64,000 bases of DNA from Blepharisma stoltei ATCC 30299 (GCA_965603825.1 CBFDEM010000001.1:620001-684000), one strand, 5' to 3'; shown: positions 35,893-48,982, counted from the first letter of the stretch. The notes: generated by a model not told the origin, from the letters alone. Numbers and translations: made by a program.

Positions 35893-38832
35893 TTATATCA
35901 AATAATTTTTTGACTGTTTTATATCCTTTTTTGATAAGAAATCCAACAACTCCCTATTTTTTTCACTAATTACAGCTCTTGATAATGATATACCAGAAGC
36001 AACTAGCTCATGCTTCTTTAATGACCACTCTAGACAGATCAAATTTTCTTCTTTTGAATCATCATACAGATGCCTTATATTCCAGCATTTTATCGTCATA
36101 TCTTCGCTGCCAGATATAATTTTTTTGCCGCATAGAGAAAAATCAAAGGAGTTGATAACTCCCAAATGCCCTTTCAGAGTATAAACCAACATTCTTTTTT
36201 CAAAATTCCATAAATCAATAGTAAAATTCAAATTTATGGCAGCTAGCAAAGATCCGCAAGGAGAAAATTTTACTTGTGAGTAACTTAGAGTGCTTAATCC
36301 ATAAAGCCTAATTGCTTCTTCTGGAGAGTTTACATGGCAAACAGTAACCCAATTGCATGGATTCGCTGTAAAGGCAAGATAATTTTGATAGGGTGCAAAG
36401 TTAATTGAGGCTAAAGGAAGACTAGACAATTTTTTTGGCTTTATTTGAATTTGAGCAATAAAATCCCCTGTTTTAACATTTCAGAATCTAATAAAGCCGC
36501 CGCTACTGCTGGCAGATGCAAGTCTTTTAGAATCGCAAGAAAATGCAAGTAATTTTATATCTTCACAGTGTGCATTTTTACTTGTCGAGGAATTTATTTT
36601 GCATATTAGCTTATTTGAGTATAATTCAGCAATTTCAATGTGGCCATCAATAAAACCGAGTGCAATGAGACCTTCTCTAGAAATCACAAATGTACTAACT
36701 CTCAGCGGGTAATCTCTAACATATTCTACAGTTGATCTATGCAAATGGAGGCCACAATAGCTGGACAGAACAAAATGGTTTCCATGTGGAGAAAAAGCAA
36801 AAATAGGATTTACCTCTAATCCAAAATACCATTTAATTTCCCGGACCACTTTTTTAGTTTTGCAGCTTCATATTTCAATAAGACCGACAGCAGCTTCTCT
36901 AGATATTAATGCAAATTGATCTTCATTTGGGGCCCACAAAACCATAAAATCATATTTTCTATTGGTTATTTCTGGGTTTTTGAATGATGGATTTTTGTAT
37001 TTTCATGATCTAGCAAACTCATTAATTCCAGCAATTGCTAATCTATCATCATTAGGAGAAAAAGCGATCTTAGGGGAACTTCAAGGTTTCATCAGAATCT
37101 GAAAGGTAAAGACCTGACTCTCGATGTCAAAAATTTGCACAAGCCCCTTCTTATTTGAAACAGCTATGAATTTTTCGCATGGGGATAGAGCTCAATCATA
37201 AAACACACTGGTTAAATCACTAAATTGAGTTTTTTCTTCTAGTTTCTCTACATTTCACATAAAAAGTTTTTGCTTACTTGAAGCATATATATATTTTTCA
37301 TTTTGTGATAATACTATTCAAGTGAGCTCATACCTTGATTTGACTAATTGCTTATTTTTAACAGTTCTAAGAACTCCTAATTTGTCTATGACAGTTATTT
37401 TCTCTGGGAGATTAATATTTCATATCAAAATCAAGCCCCAATCACTTGTAGATATCAAGTAGTTCTTGGTAAAAGCAAGAGATATAGCAGGACTATCATG
37501 TCCACATAAGTACCTCACTTGTGTCTTTGTGTTTATGTCTCAAATTTTGATGTCATGGTTGTATAGTCCCACTGCAAGCCATTTGCTGCATAATGAAAAA
37601 GCAAAAGAACAAATAATTTCAGATATCTCATCACAAGTATGGACAACAGAATCAAAAATTTCTGCATTACATAATATTGCTTTATATTGATGAACTTTTG
37701 CATTACATAATATTACTTTATCTTGATGAACTATCGCTAAGTAATTTCCACAAGGTGAATATTCACAATGGTAAACTCTTTGATCAGTGGGGTAGATTTT
37801 CACTATTTCTTGGCTGCTGATGTCACATATGAAAATTTCAGTTTGGTTTTTCTTACAGAGGACTATATATTTTCCACAAGGAGAAAAATTTACTATAGTG
37901 CCAGCAGTTTTAATAGGGCTTAAACAACTTTCGCCAAATTCAGCTCCAGCTAAGTAGCAGTCATCAAAATTGACTGAGTAAAGATTTGCTTTGCCAAAAT
38001 TTACGTTCGTAAGGTTGCTCCCTTTGAAATTTGTGCCGATGATAAGGGAGCTTGATAAATCTGCTCCAGGGATATTTATGCCTCTTAAGTCTCTATGAGA
38101 TAATGGATAGTCAAGGCGGTTTAAGATTGTAATGGCGTTACTTGATCCTTGAGATACTTCTGAAGATTCTTTAGAGAGTAATATCAAATTAAATAGTCCA
38201 TCCTGCAACTTTTTTGATAGAATATTCTTTAAGATGTCGCAAATCTCAGGGTATGTTTTGATGTCAATTTTATTGAAATAAGAACCTTTAAAAATTTCAA
38301 TGTTTTTCCATTTCGAAATATCTTGAGATATCAAATAAGCTAACTTCTCATCGAAATTGCGAATAGTAAATTTGCATGTTTTTTCATGATTTTTAACATA
38401 ATGTATGAAATGACACTTGCATTCAGATTGGCTGCATTTTATGCAGTACTGATTTTTTGATTTTGAAAAATCATTAAGGGTAATATTTACCAAATTTCTT
38501 TTCTTGATGAGTTTTGAAGATAAATTGCTTCTCAATTTTATAAGGCAAGATTGTATTTCTTTATCAATTTTATTCAGTTCAGGATTAATTAGTGATAATT
38601 TTGTTTCAGGAAAGTTTTCGAGGCTTTTATTTATTGTGGATTTATTATTTTCCTTTAATTTTTCTCGAGACTCTAAAATTGATGAGTCAAATATAGAATT
38701 AGCGATGTGAGGATATTTATTGATCTCTGACAAATGGGATTCAAAGTGATCGTCACATATAAGGGTCCCTTTAGTTGAGCAGCTGCATATTAAAAGTGGG
38801 AAACTGCTACAATTTTCGATATAGCAAGCCAT
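35893..38832 (-). CDS. Zn-finger-like / pentapeptide / WD40 protein B, 979 aa, tandem paralog of A
   Basis: Colinear with A, in frame with TGA=W. Has a small internal duplication (LCNAKVHQYKAILCNAE). Confidence 0.86.
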
Positions 38833-39239
38833 TTTTGGTTATGCAATATTATTGATTATATTTTTGCTATCTTTAAATGCTAGTCTCTAGAATTATATTT
38901 TTTTCCAATATCAAGATTTAAATATGCAATTATTGACATCTAGTAATATATTTTCAGTTTAAGCAAATCAAAGCAAGTAATTAAACCCATGCATTCCTTT
39001 GTGCTGATTTATATTTTCTACCCTCTTTCAATGTGTTATATAAAGACTTCTGACTTCAGCTTTGCACCAATATAAAATTGCTTTTGAAGAAATCTTATTA
39101 TTTACTATTGAGTATAAATGCCATTTATTAAAATCCTATAAAATATAATTGCTATGAGCGCAATAATAATTGTTTAAGCATAGAGCCAGATTTTATTTTT
39201 TAAATTAGCACACATAGCCTTATTATAAAAACGCTTAAA

Positions 39240-40140
39240 ATTGAACCTCTTTTAAATCCTTAAATAGCACAATTGTATCGGATTTAGATCCTCCTCCACA
39301 CCGACCTTTAGAATGATCTCAATTCTATCCAAGAGGTATTGCTTATCCTCCAGGCTGAACTAAATTGCGAAAACATTAGCTTCAGAATGAAGATTAATTA
39401 AGCAAGACTGTCTTTTATTGATAAGGTAAGCAGCACATATTGAAGAGAAAATAATGTTCTTAAGCTATAAGAGCCGATTAATCTCATTGGAGACATCCAC
39501 GGTGAATTTTATGATCTTTTACAGCCCCTTGCATCAGATGTAGACTTTTTCGTTTCAAATATCTTTTTCTAGATGATTACATCGATTGAGGATATTTTCA
39601 GTAGAAGTTGGGCTGCTACTATATCCACTTAAGATAAATTTCAAGCAAAATGTCTATTACCTTAGCGGAAATCACGAATCAAGGCAAATTGCAAGTCATT
39701 TCAACTTCAGAAGTGATGTCTGCACAAGTTAGATATTGAAAGCTTTGAAGATTTTCAATGGCTTGCACAGTTAAAATTTTAGCTCTCCATGGAAGATTAT
39801 CACCTGATCTTGTAAAGTCCCAGATTTATCAAAATTCAATAGTTTGCAGAGCCAACCGACAGGATTATTTTTAAATATATTGTGAAGTGATCCTGTGATT
39901 ATGATCAAGGAGTTTGTACAGAAATATATGCAGGAAATGGTCTTTGAGGTATGCTCATTATTTTGAAATAACTGCACTATTTATTTTTGTTGCAAAAATC
40001 CAACTTATAGCTGTTCTGAGAGCATATGAAGTTCAGAAAGAAGGATTCAAAATGCATAGATGGTATGGAGCAAATGAATTTGCTTCAGCGAATCCGACCC
40101 TTAATAAAGAGAACTTCAATGGATGGAGAGATTTTAAGTG
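39240..40140 (+). pseudogene. Calcineurin A (PP2B-type Ser/Thr phosphatase) pseudogene
   Basis: Degraded PPP motifs in the correct order: DPPPHRPL, IGDIHGEFYDL, YLFLDDYIDWG, LSGNHESRQ, LHGRLSPDL, NILWSDP, LRAYEVQKEGFKMHRW. Multiple TAA/TAG and frameshifts; boundaries approximate. Confidence 0.82.
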
Positions 40141-40381
40141 AACAGAAGATAGAGAGTTTTCTATTGTTTGTATTTTTTCCCTACTATTTACAATAAATTG
40201 TCTATATCTTCTCAATTTATTTTATACTCCATTTATTTTTATAATTTATAATCCCAAGCACTAAGCCTGGAATACCACAATCATAAAATTGAAAAATTAT
40301 GAATAATTCTTCCACAAAAGTTATTGAATGAGACTTAATCTAATTATTATTAAAGCTATAGATCATTATTTATTTTATTTG

Positions 40382-42961
40382 CTAAATTCTGCATAGTTTG
40401 AAAGTGATATCAGCACTTAAAGAAGCGAACTCAAGTTTTTTATTGTTGAGAAACTGAAGAGAGTCGACTGCATTAGAATGATATTTTATTTCTTTAATCA
40501 GAGTGCCTTTCCAAGTATTCCATACTTTGACGCAGCCATTTAAGCATCCAGTAATCAAATAATTCCCACATAAAGACACAGCCAATGAAGGTATCATCCG
40601 ATCATCAACTTGAATTTCTAAAATTGTCCATTGCGCTTCAATATCCCAAAGTATAACTTGCCCACCTTTATCTGCTGAAACTAGATAATTTACAGACTGA
40701 ACGAAGCTCACACATGATAAATTCTGCTTATGGCCATCCAAAGCCAACAAATTTCTGCTAGCAAGTTCTCACAAAAGCAGTTTTTTATTATTACTTGCTG
40801 TAGCCAGATATTTCCCACATGGTGAAAACTTGATACAAGTTATCAATTCTGCGCTGCATTTTAAAAAAAAATAATTTGACGGAGCTGTCAGGTCCCAAAC
40901 CTTAACTTCTCCGTTAGATTGCCCAGTCGCGATAATTTTGTCGTTAAAAGTTACATCAATTGCAGAAACTTGAATACTTCCCAATATAAATTCTTTCAAA
41001 AGATACTGATTTTCGATATCCCAAACAGTGATATAATTCCTCGAGCACAATGATATAAGGAAATTCCCAAGTTTCAGAAATTTGACATAAATAATTATTC
41101 CTTTGTTGCTTTTGAGCTTAAATTTGTTTTTCATTGTCTCAGCATCTGTAATCATGATTAAATCTGAGGTGTCTGCAACTGCAATATATTTTCCATCATA
41201 AGAAAAAGATATAGAGGAGATTTCATTGTACAAAATAGGATATTCCTCTAAAGTTCTAATGTCTAAAATTTCTATTGATTTTTCTGATATATCTGATTTC
41301 TTTACCGCTATATATTTTCCATTAGGAGAATAACAGACTGACAACATGCTGAAAAGTTGCTCATTGAATCATTTGAATTCTGAGTGACTAACTAAAAACT
41401 TGATGAATACCTGCTGTTCAGAGTAAGAGTAACCTCTCATTGAAGGTCTTAATATGTGCAAAGGATGATACTCTTTTCTAATTTCTTTATTTAGACGTCC
41501 AATTTCTAGATCTCAAGTTCTGATAACTAGATCGTCACAGCTAGATATTAAATATTTTGAGCATGGAGAAAAGGAAACAGTCCTTACAGGATCAGGATGG
41601 CTGAATAGCCATTTGCGGGAACTTATATTATCTACATAAGAAACTATTGCAGAATTGTGATGAGTTCCAAAGGCAAAGTATTTTCCACAAGAAGAAAACG
41701 CAACTGAGTCCACACTATCTTTTGCATAGTTTATGCAGTAAGTTAGCATATATGTTTCAAGATTCCAAATTCTTAAACTCTCATCATAGCTTCCAGTTGC
41801 TACGAAATTTCCGTCCGGTGATATAGCTATTGAAGAAATGGTGTCTGTGTGGCCCGATAATTTAATAAATTGCTTTTTACCCTGAATGTCTCATAAATTT
41901 AGTATGTAATTGTTATCAGCTACAGCAAGGAGAGTTCCATCTTTTGAAAAAGAAATTGCACTAATATTTGCATTGTGCTTGAATTCTTGGAATTTAAGGC
42001 CTGTTTTAATATCATGCATAATCACATTATCGCAGCAATCATAAGCTAGATAATTACCACAAAATGAGAAAGCGACAGAATTGACAGGATATGTGCTTAT
42101 AACTGGTGGAAGCTGCACAAACCAAGCATCTGATAAATCACAGTTGCGGAAATTAGAATCATATATATTTGCATACGAAAAATTGACTCGTTTTAAGTTG
42201 CTTCCTTGGAAATCTGTATTTATTATGAGTGCTTCTGATAAATCTGCACCTTCAATTTGAATGCCTCTGAAATCTTTATCTATAAAATTATATTTGGAGT
42301 AATTTAAGATAGTTATAGCGTTGCTGGCTGCATATTTCACTTTTTTAGTAATTTTTGATTGCAAAATAATGCCTAAAAGCTTTTCTCTAAGCACATCAGT
42401 CATTATATCTTTGAAGCAGCCTAAAAAGTCTTTGTGGTTTATGAAATTGATTTTATTGATATAACTTTTCACTAATGAGGAAGGACTGACTATTTGGAGA
42501 ATATGATCACTTAGAGATCTGGCAAGCTTATGATTAAGCTCATTATGTCTATAGATGACACCAGAGCAAATCGCATTTGGGAATAGAAACTCGTGCTTGA
42601 CTGCATAGCAGGAATTTTGTAGATCATAGCTTGCATGAATTTTTCGTTTTGGCCAATTGAGAGAAAAAACTAGGAGTTCAGCATACTTGATAATATATGC
42701 TAAAAGCCTGCTAGTATTATCAGTGATTTTCTTATAATATGGGATCTCGTAGCACTTGCTTGATATCATATCATCATTGTTGCAACTATTGATAGGTGAG
42801 TAATTTCTTGGAAGCAAGCATACGCTTTTATGTTGGATTTTGCTTGGATCTTCTAAGTGCTTCATAAAATGCTCCTTGCAAAGTAAATGCTCATTTTCTA
42901 CGCACACACAAACGAAAGCAGGAAAATTTTTACAGCTCTTTATTTCACATTGCAAGGGCAT
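40382..42961 (-). CDS. Zn-finger-like / pentapeptide / WD40 protein C, 859 aa, divergent family member
   Basis: CEIKSC..VCVC..LLCKEH..H; ASNAITILN..RGIQIEGADLS..GSNLKRVNF; many WD40 repeats ending in TGA-coded Trp; TAG at 40382. Confidence 0.88.
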
Positions 42962-43093
42962 ATTTGTTTTAGATTCAGAAATGAATAATTATTGTAACTT
43001 AAAGGAGAAATCCACTGAACACTTTTGGCGAAATAATTCATTTAATTAAATCTTTAATAGAAAATAACTCACAAATAATCGAAATTTATTATC

Positions 43094-45331
43094 ATGGAAC
43101 CAAGTTATGATCTCTCCCAAGACAACACCCTCGTCCTTTGCCGATTCAGGCCTCACAATGACTTTGAGCGAGAATTCTCTAGTAAAGAAATCGTGGAAAT
43201 TGCCCAAGACAGCCAATCAGTGACTATCTTCCAAACAAAAGAAAAAGGAGAGCCACTCTCCTTTCCCTTTGACTACGTTTTTGATGAAAACGACACCCAG
43301 TCCACTGTATATGAAAAGGCTGCTCGGCCAATTGTAGATGGTGTAATGGAAGGCGTAAACGGCACAATTTTCGCATATGGGCAAACCTCAGGAGGTAAAA
43401 CCTACACAATGACAGGTCCAAATTTTGAAGACCCAGTTGATATGGGATTAATTCCACGAATGATCACCAATGTTTTTTACCAAATCGAGAACTCCTTAGA
43501 ACACTTGGAATTCACCGTAAGAGTCTCTTACAGTGAAATTTATATGGAAAAAATCAGAGATCTCCTTGCACCTGAGCATGACAATTTAAAGATAAGAGAA
43601 AATAAAATCATGGGTGTCTATGTGGAAGGAATAACAGAAAGTTACACTTCTACAGGAGATGAAGTGTTTGAATGAATGAAATACGGCACAAAAAACAGGA
43701 CAGTTGGGGCGAACAATATGAATATGAAGTCATCAAGGTCCCATGCAATTTTTTCTATGACTGTAAGCCAGACAAATAAGCTGGACTATACTACAAGGAT
43801 AGCTAAACTTCATATGGTTGACTTGGCAGGGTCTGAAAAAGTATCAAAAACTGGAGCGGAAGGTCTCAGACTTGAAGAAGCGAAATTAATAAATAAATCG
43901 CTGACAACTCTAGGGATCGTCATTACTGCTCTTACAGAGTCCAAAAAGAGCCACGTTCCTTATAGATCTTCTAAGTTAACTCGGCTTCTTCAGCAGTCTC
44001 TTGGAGGAAATGGGAAAATGTCTCTGATTATCTGCTGTTCTCCATCACTTTATAACGAGCAAGAAACAATCAGTTCGCTGAGGTTTGGAGCTCGAGCCAA
44101 ACTTATTAAAAATACCCCAAAAGTAAATAGAGAATACACCCTTGCAGAGCTAAAGCTACTTTTAGCACAAGCAAGAGAAGAAATCAGGAGAAAAGACAAA
44201 CGAATCAAAGTCCTTGAAGACCTTCTGAGACAAGCTGGAATTGCAATCCCAGAAATGGTTGATTTAGATGAAAGCGATTTTGAGGACGAATACAGAGATG
44301 GAGCCTATGCAGATGTGATACAAGAGCTAGAAGATCTTAGGTCTAGGCTTTCAGAAGAAGTGGAAAATAGCTTGAAACTTAAAGAAGACGTAAAAGAAGC
44401 ACAGACAGAGTCTGAAGAGTATAAAAGTGTCTATAGTGTCATGGAGCAACATATCAAATATATGGACTCCCAAATTAAAAATTTCGAAAATTCTCAAAAA
44501 GAAAAAGAAGATCTTATTGAAAAATTGACTGTTGGCAAAGAGTCATATGAGGCTGAGCTGTCTGCTATAACTACAAAAATGCTTGAGCAAGAACAAAAAT
44601 TAAATGAAAGAGAAGTAGAAATAGAAATCCTAAAAAATAAGCTAAAAAACATGAAAGGTGATGTGGTACAACAGCAAAGGACTGAAGAAGACCAAAGGAA
44701 TGAGGTGAAAAAAGAAATTTATAGAAAATATACAGTAAGCCATCAGCTTCCTCCTATTAAAGAGTCTACTATTGAGTCAGTCAGTGATGAAGTCTACGAT
44801 GAGCAGAAGTGACGAGAAGAAAAAAGAAAAATGATAAGAGACTTACAAAAACGTATATCTCAAGTTGTAGACCTCGAACTTGCCCTTGAAGAAGCTCGAG
44901 AAAACTATGCCACTTTAGAACTTACTATGTCTGAAGGAGAAAGAGCACTTAAAAAGAAAACTGATGTGCTTGAGCGAAATCTAGAACAACTAACACTAAT
45001 GTACCATCAGCTAGCAAGCCAAAAATCAGCACTATCTGTAGACAAACAAGTCGCTGAAAGAAAAAGCCAAAGACTTCAAGAAAAAATAAGGATTCTTGAA
45101 GATCAGCTGAAAAAGGCCAATGTAGAGCTTGATAAATGCCAGCGCGAAATTAAATATTTAACAGAAACTTTTGAAAAGACCTCAAAACTAAGCATGCTAG
45201 GAAGCTCAGGCGGACTTGGAGCTATTGTCCCCAGTGGAAGAATCCGAAAATCAATTAAAGGTGGAGTTGGTTCTTTTAAGCCTCAAATCCCTGAAGTCAC
45301 AAGAAATTACTCAGTTTCAATCAATATGTAA
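43094..45331 (+). CDS. Kinesin-1 (heavy chain)-like motor, 745 aa
   Basis: CRFRP, GQTSGGKT, SSRSH, DLAGSE, HVPYR, coiled coil and an IRKSIKGG tail resembling the IAK motif. TGA=W at 43673 and 44810. Confidence 0.93.
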
Positions 45332-45420
45332 AATTAGGCGGCTTCTTAAAGTAAATAAGTATGTGCTGAATCTCCTCTTGTTCTTCCTTGTGTGTGTTTA
45401 AATGGAATTCTAAGTAAAGC

Positions 45421-47010
45421 TTACACAACGCTAATGTCAGCTTTTTTTTCAGTCTCTTTTGTAATGGTTGCTTCGGAAACGTAGCCTCTCATGATCACTA
45501 AAAGAGTGTCAAATCCTGCCAGAGAAACGCCAAATCTTGTTATGTCTTTTATGATGCGGTTGAATGACCGTCGTTTTAGCTTCCCGCTCCTGGCTCGGAA
45601 TATTTTGTCTAGATCTAGGCTTGATAATGATTTTGTTATAAAACTGATTTTATAGCATAGAGATATGCATCTCGCGTTTGAGTCCTGAGTAAAGGGTACA
45701 GTTACTGATAAAGATAAATTGATAGCTCCAGGCTCACAATGGTTTAAAGCAAACTCTATTAGGCAGCGGATAAGCATAGAGTGCTTTTCGGAATCCCCAA
45801 GGACATAGGGAGGCAGACTTGGAGATTTTGAGAGCTCGACGAATGAATTGATTTTGTCTGTCCTTAAAGATAGCTCCTATATTGTAATTACATCAATAAT
45901 GCCTTTTACTTCTTTTTCTGGAGAAAAATTTTCACTTGAAAATTCGAATTTCCCATAGAATTGAGACTGCAGCACAAAAACCGACTGAAATCGGTATAGC
46001 ACGTCTTTAGAGAACGCCATAAGTTCTTTGCAAGGGGATTGAGACTGGCAGCAAAATTTTCTGAGCTCGAAATTCAGTACATCCAGCTTCGATCCAAAAT
46101 CTTTATACAGCGAAGTCAAAAGTTTCCTTTGTTTGAAAAACTCTGAAATATCAGAAATACAAATAACAATGCATTCATCGTTATTTCACCTCAGTAATGA
46201 GGAAAACAATTGCAGACCCTCTACATCATTTTCATTTATAATCGAAATTTCTTCAAGCGTCAAGTCTTTTTTGTATGTTTTTTGCAGAAAAGCCTTAATT
46301 TTATACTGGTTGTCTTCGTCAAATAATTTCTCGAATGGCTTTCCCTTAATATCCTTACTTGATAAAATTACTGACGCTTGTTTATTGTGATCCAAAACTT
46401 TCCAATTTTTCCCAAGAAAAACAATTCCGCAAGGGAAGTTTTCTAGGAGTCCTTTTAAATCTTCCTGGAATTTGTCATCGTCTGCAATCTTGTAGTAAAA
46501 TTCTCTTAATGCATTTTCTATATGTAATGCAAAGAAAAAAAAAGTGACGCAAGCGATGACGATCCCTATAACGTCAAACTCAAAGCACAGTAATAATATC
46601 AATAATTTCAAAAGAAAAGTGACGATCCACTTATATGGTTCACGAGCTGATAAAAAAACTAAATTAAAATTACCAAGAACCAAGCATGGGACGAAATAGA
46701 GACAGCTGCTTAATATATTCGGTTTGTATTGAAGTCAAAAGCTGGCAGTTAAATAGGGAATCTGAGTTAAAATCCATGACTTTGAAGAATAATTGCGTAG
46801 CAAATACACAAATATCGCGGAAGTTGTGTAATAAATTGCAGCTGATAAATCAATATCTTCTTTAAGAGCAAGTGTAAAGAAAATTGGAATATTAAGCAGA
46901 ATAATTGTATAGCTTCATGGAATCAGTTGTTCATTCACTTTATTTTCATAGTCTTTGAATTTTAGATTGTTTTGTAAGAACTGAAAAGAGATGTCTAGGA
47001 ATTTATCCAT
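45421..47010 (-). CDS. Multi-TM + PAS protein with degenerate histidine-kinase core (pseudokinase), 524 aa, one intron
   Basis: ATG 47010, TM segments, LLENFPCGIVFL..HNKQA PAS start, then SPSLPPYVLGDSEKHSMLIRCLIEFALNH resembling the HATPase entry but with no H, N or G boxes. Requires intron 45877-45891. Confidence 0.7.
45877..45891 (-). other. 15-nt intron GTAATTACAATATAG
   Basis: GT..AG on the minus strand. It contains the only in-frame TAG in an otherwise open frame. Confidence 0.82.
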
Positions 47011-48094
47011 TTATTATTAGAAAGTAATTAAATAAATGTCTGGCTCAGATTTTAAATTGATTATCTCACAAAATATTGAAAAATGAAGAATGGGAGGATT
47101 GGATAGTTTTGTTTAAATAATTTGGCATTAGTGGTCTAAACTGCGATTAAATGAGATTTTAATGTCATTGAGCATTTAGTGCCCTATTTTAATAACCGCA
47201 TAAATTAGCAATTGGTAAAAACTGATAGAAGGAATTCTCTTAAGACCTTGCGTAAAAATACCTAAATATTGGGGAATAGGTTGCTATTGATTTTGAATTA
47301 TGAGAATCTGAAGAATTTTGTGTTCTATACTGAATTGGCCTACTGATGCATTTAAATATTTTAGCATATTTATTTTTGAATATTATGACAGAATTATTTA
47401 TGGGAATTGATATAGCCATGAAAACAATGAACTAGGTATTATTAAGTGATTTTCATCTATTACGCTATCCATTTTTTTGAAATTTATTTTTGATCTCATT
47501 GAGAAGAGGTTTTTAAGTCTAAAAGTAACCTATTATTGTTTTTGTTTTTTTAAGTTGTTTGAGTATTAACCTAAACACATTCACTTTGATAATGCAGGGA
47601 ATAAAATTGTCTAATTTAAACAGAATTTTTTAATTCAGAATTAAAGAAAACAGAATTTGGAAATCTATTAAATTTGAATTTTGAAATCTATTTAATTTTA
47701 ATTTAGAATGCTAAAGATTGAAATTGATAAGAAAAATACTTTTTTAACTAATATTCATGTTTTCATCTAATTTTCAAAGTTTTTTTTTCAAATTCTTCAA
47801 TAGTTAATTACAATTTTTCAAAAAGAAATTTTTAGAAACTGGAGTGCATTAATATGATTGAATTGAATAGTTATATTGAATGTATACGATGTTTGCTAAA
47901 GTAAATTATATTTAAACTCGTTTTTGCATTTAGAGTGCGATGATTCTTAGCAGGCATTATAATGATAAAGCTGTTTACATTAGAAGTAATATAAATACAG
48001 CCTTAGGGCAATTTCCTTATTAATTAATGATGAACTACTCTGCATATTCTGAAGCCAGGTTTAAAATAAAATTAAGATTCAATTAAGTTAATTA

Positions 48095-48982
48095 TTATTC
48101 GAAATGAATAATTGACCTGTCATTCAAAGGCTGCGCTTCTCTATAGTTTCCTTTCCCTCCAGCAAAGCTATGGTTTCCACTCCAATGCCGTGTGAAAAAC
48201 TCCAGCTGCTCACTATTGATTGAGTTCAGATGAGGATTCAAAAACCAAAGTACAGGCTCAAACAAAGGAGGAGTAGTCAATGACCCTTCATAGAAATACA
48301 AGCATTTCATCTTCGGGATCATCAAATTCATATCGATAGAAGTAGGCTCTGCCTCGCTTCTGATCACATTTTCCAAGAATGGGTTTGCTCTGCCATCATT
48401 TCTAAAGAAAAACCCAAACACAAGGAGATTTGATGGATTCGACCTTTCTTTATGCACAACGTGTAGCTCAAGGTCATATCTCTGCCCATATAACAAGTGC
48501 TCGCTGCTTGCATGGAAGTGAAACTGCGCAATGTCGAAAATACGAGGGTTTTCTTCAAACAGCGAGTTTACTAGAAGGCTGCCAAAGTTTCCTCTCACAA
48601 TGAAGGTTCTTGGGTTGAACTCCCCTTTGGCTGTATGTGGAGAATAATTGATGTTGAGGGGGAAATACCAGCGGTTCTTTAAGATGTCGGAGGCGTTAAT
48701 GATTGCGTGGGGGTCTATGTTGATTGGAGATTGATGAGGACCACATGGCCATTCATGCGCCCATTCAGCTTCTTTATGTTCGCCATACTCCCACTCGTCT
48801 TCTTCTGGAAATTTTCCAGTTTGAGTTTGGTGATGGCCGAGTAACGTCAAAAGTCTTAAAACATTGTTAACCTTGGATTCGTTGGTAAGCTTTGCAGAGT
48901 CCAATTTTTGCCTAAGAGCTTGGTTTATTTCTACGTGTGCTGCCTCACGTCCATGATCTTTGTGGTGGTGCCCGTGTTCCAT
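48095..48982 (-). CDS. Alpha carbonic anhydrase (paralog 1)
   Basis: QSPINI, QFHFH..SEH, LELHVVH, YEGSLTTPP, NYREAQP. Confidence 0.94.
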   Translation of the reverse strand: MEHGHHHKDHGREAAHVEINQALRQKLDSAKLTNESKVNNVLRLLTLLGHHQTQTGKFPEEDEWEYGEHKEAEWAHEWPCGPHQSPINIDPHAIINASDILKNRWYFPLNINYSPHTAKGEFNPRTFIVRGNFGSLLVNSLFEENPRIFDIAQFHFHASSEHLLYGQRYDLELHVVHKERSNPSNLLVFGFFFRNDGRANPFLENVIRSEAEPTSIDMNLMIPKMKCLYFYEGSLTTPPLFEPVLWFLNPHLNSINSEQLEFFTRHWSGNHSFAGGKGNYREAQPLNDRSIIHFE

